Below, piece after piece: positions 62,450 to 64,000 of a DNA stretch of 64,000 bases. Made by a program: the position numbers and the translations under genes. This DNA is from Scyliorhinus canicula (Eukaryota). Location: NCBI RefSeq assembly GCF_902713615.1, contig NC_052151.1, positions 182,879,242 to 182,943,241 of the forward strand. The letters run 5' to 3'. Every line of letters begins with the position of its first letter. The stretch's first letter is position 1. Under the pieces are notes generated by a model, which had not been told where the DNA came from, did not search any database, and saw only the letters and a program-made list of their open reading frames with translations.

Positions 62450-63825
62450 CGCCCCGAACGATGTCACAGGCCTCGATCTCTCTTATCCTGAAGTGGGATA
62501 AGAACCTGGAACAATGTGGGTCGTAGGCCAATCTCCCTTCTAAATGTAGACGGCAAGCTGTTGGCCAAGATCTTGGCCTTGAGGATTGTATGCCAGGGGT
62601 GTTAGGGGTTTGTGAAAGGGAGGCAGTTAATGGCTAACATCAGAAGGCTGCTAAATGTGATTATGATGCCTTCTGAGGGAAGGGAGATAGAGGTGGTGGT
62701 CACCTTTGAGAAGGCCTTTGATTGGATGGAGTGGGTGGTTCTGGGGCGGTTTGGGCAGGGTTTTATGGACTTGGTCTGGCTGCTGTTCCAGGCACCAGTG
62801 GCGCGAGTGTGTGGATGAACCAAGTGAGCTCGGAGTATTGAAGGCTGTACTGGGGGACGAGGCAGAGATGTCCACTCTCCCCACTGTTGTTTGCCTTGGC
62901 TATAGAGCCTCTTGCGATGGTGCTGAGAGTGTCATAGGACTGGCAGGGGCTAGAGCAGGATGGTAGGGGCTGGAGCACAGGGTCTCGTTATATGCAGATG
63001 ACTTACTTTTGTATATTTCGGACCTTCTGTGGGGGATTGGAGAGATTATGAGGATCCTAGGGGAATTCGGCTGTTTTTCGGGGTACAAATTGAATATGGA
63101 CAAAAGTGAGGACTTTGCAATTCAGGCGAGGGGGCAGGAGAGGAAATTGGGGGGGGGGGGGGGGGGGGGAGAGAGCGCCGTTCATGATGGTGCGAGGGAG
63201 TTTTCGGTATTGGGTATCCAGATGGCGCGGGGATGGGAGCAGCTACACGAGCTGAATTTGGCTCAGTTAGTGGAGCAGATGAAGGAGGACTTTAGAAGGT
63301 GGGATATATCCTCCTGTTGTCACAGGCGGGGAGGGTGCAGACGGTAAAGTTGATTCTCCCGAAGTTTTTGTTTGTATTTCAGTGCCTGCCTATTTTTATC
63401 CCATAGGCTTTTTTTTTTTAAAGAGGGTGAACACGGTGATCTCTGGGTTCGTTTGGGTGGGTAAAACCCTGTAGGTAAAGAAGGTGCTGGCCCTACAGAA
63501 TTTCAGGAACTACTATTGGGCGGCGAACACAGCAACGATCACGAAGTGGGTGGTGGGGGAGGGGTCGGTGTGGGAGCAGTTGGACGCGGCATCATGTAGG
63601 GGCACTGGTAACGGCACCTCTGCTGTTCTCGCCGGCTCGGTACTCCACAAGCCCAGTGGTAGTGGCGGCTTTGAGGGTGTAGGGACAGTGGCGGAATCAT
63701 ATGGGAGTGGAGAGAGTGTTGGTGTCGGCTCCAATTTGTGGCAATCACCGGTTTGTGCCGGGGGGGCTGGATGGGGAGGTTTCGGAGGTGTCAGCGAGCT
63801 GGGATTGAGCGGTTAGGGGACCTGT
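62450..63825 (+). mobile_element. L1-clade ORF2 RT fragment, same family as 21558-26550
   Basis: KGRQLMANIRRLLNVIMMP, EKAFD, YADD at ~62991; collinear with ~24345-25655. Confidence 0.88.
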
Positions 63826-63839
63826 TTATTTGATGATTT

Positions 63840-64000
63840 GATTGCCTGCAGGTGCTCACATTCCGGGGCATCTCTGACTGTGTCTATATAAACATTTCTG
63901 GAACAAGCCTTTCCATTCACCTGAAGAAGGAGCCGTGCTCCGAAAGCTCGTGTTTGAAACAAACCTGTTGGACTTTAACCTGGTGTTGTAAGACTTCTTA
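63840..64000 (+). mobile_element. Penelope-like terminal repeat, cut by the window edge
   Basis: Carries a hammerhead core; inverted copy at 20570-20660. Confidence 0.7.
63916..63956 (+). ncRNA. Minimal type I hammerhead ribozyme motif
   Basis: TTCAC-CTGAAGA-A-GGAGC(CGT)GCTCC-GAAA-GC-TC-GTG: core CUGANGA/GAAA/UH, 5-bp stem II, self-complementary AGCT in place of stem III, CAC/GTG stem I. Confidence 0.7.

Overview
This is eukaryotic genomic DNA, most likely from a shark; the SINE and LINE families resemble elasmobranch ones (inference). The main gene is spastin (SPAST) on the minus strand. I traced coding exons 1-11 by hand (48759 down to 40). All have GT-AG junctions and consistent phases, giving 1335 nt / 445 codons, and the gene continues beyond the left edge. 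A second CpG-rich promoter at ~61.6-61.9 kb points the other way and ends in a 10-nt coding first exon (ATGGCGGAAG|gtaagc); synteny suggests DPY30, but this is unproven. The rest is mostly transposon debris: V-type (HE1-like) tRNA SINEs with several alternative tails, a second tRNA SINE, DeuSINE relics, CR1/L2, L1-clade and RTE LINEs, a solo LTR, MITEs and Penelope-like pieces. I see no clearly unprecedented system. The best leads are: (1) a strong-Kozak upstream AUG opening a 147-codon alternative frame that overlaps both SPAST start codons; (2) minimal hammerhead-ribozyme motifs in Penelope-like fragments lying in the sense orientation of introns; (3) modular head/tail swapping among SINEs with signs of different LINE partners; (4) a solo LTR aimed at the SPAST promoter. 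Repeat boundaries are approximate, and comparisons with human SPAST come from memory, not from a search.
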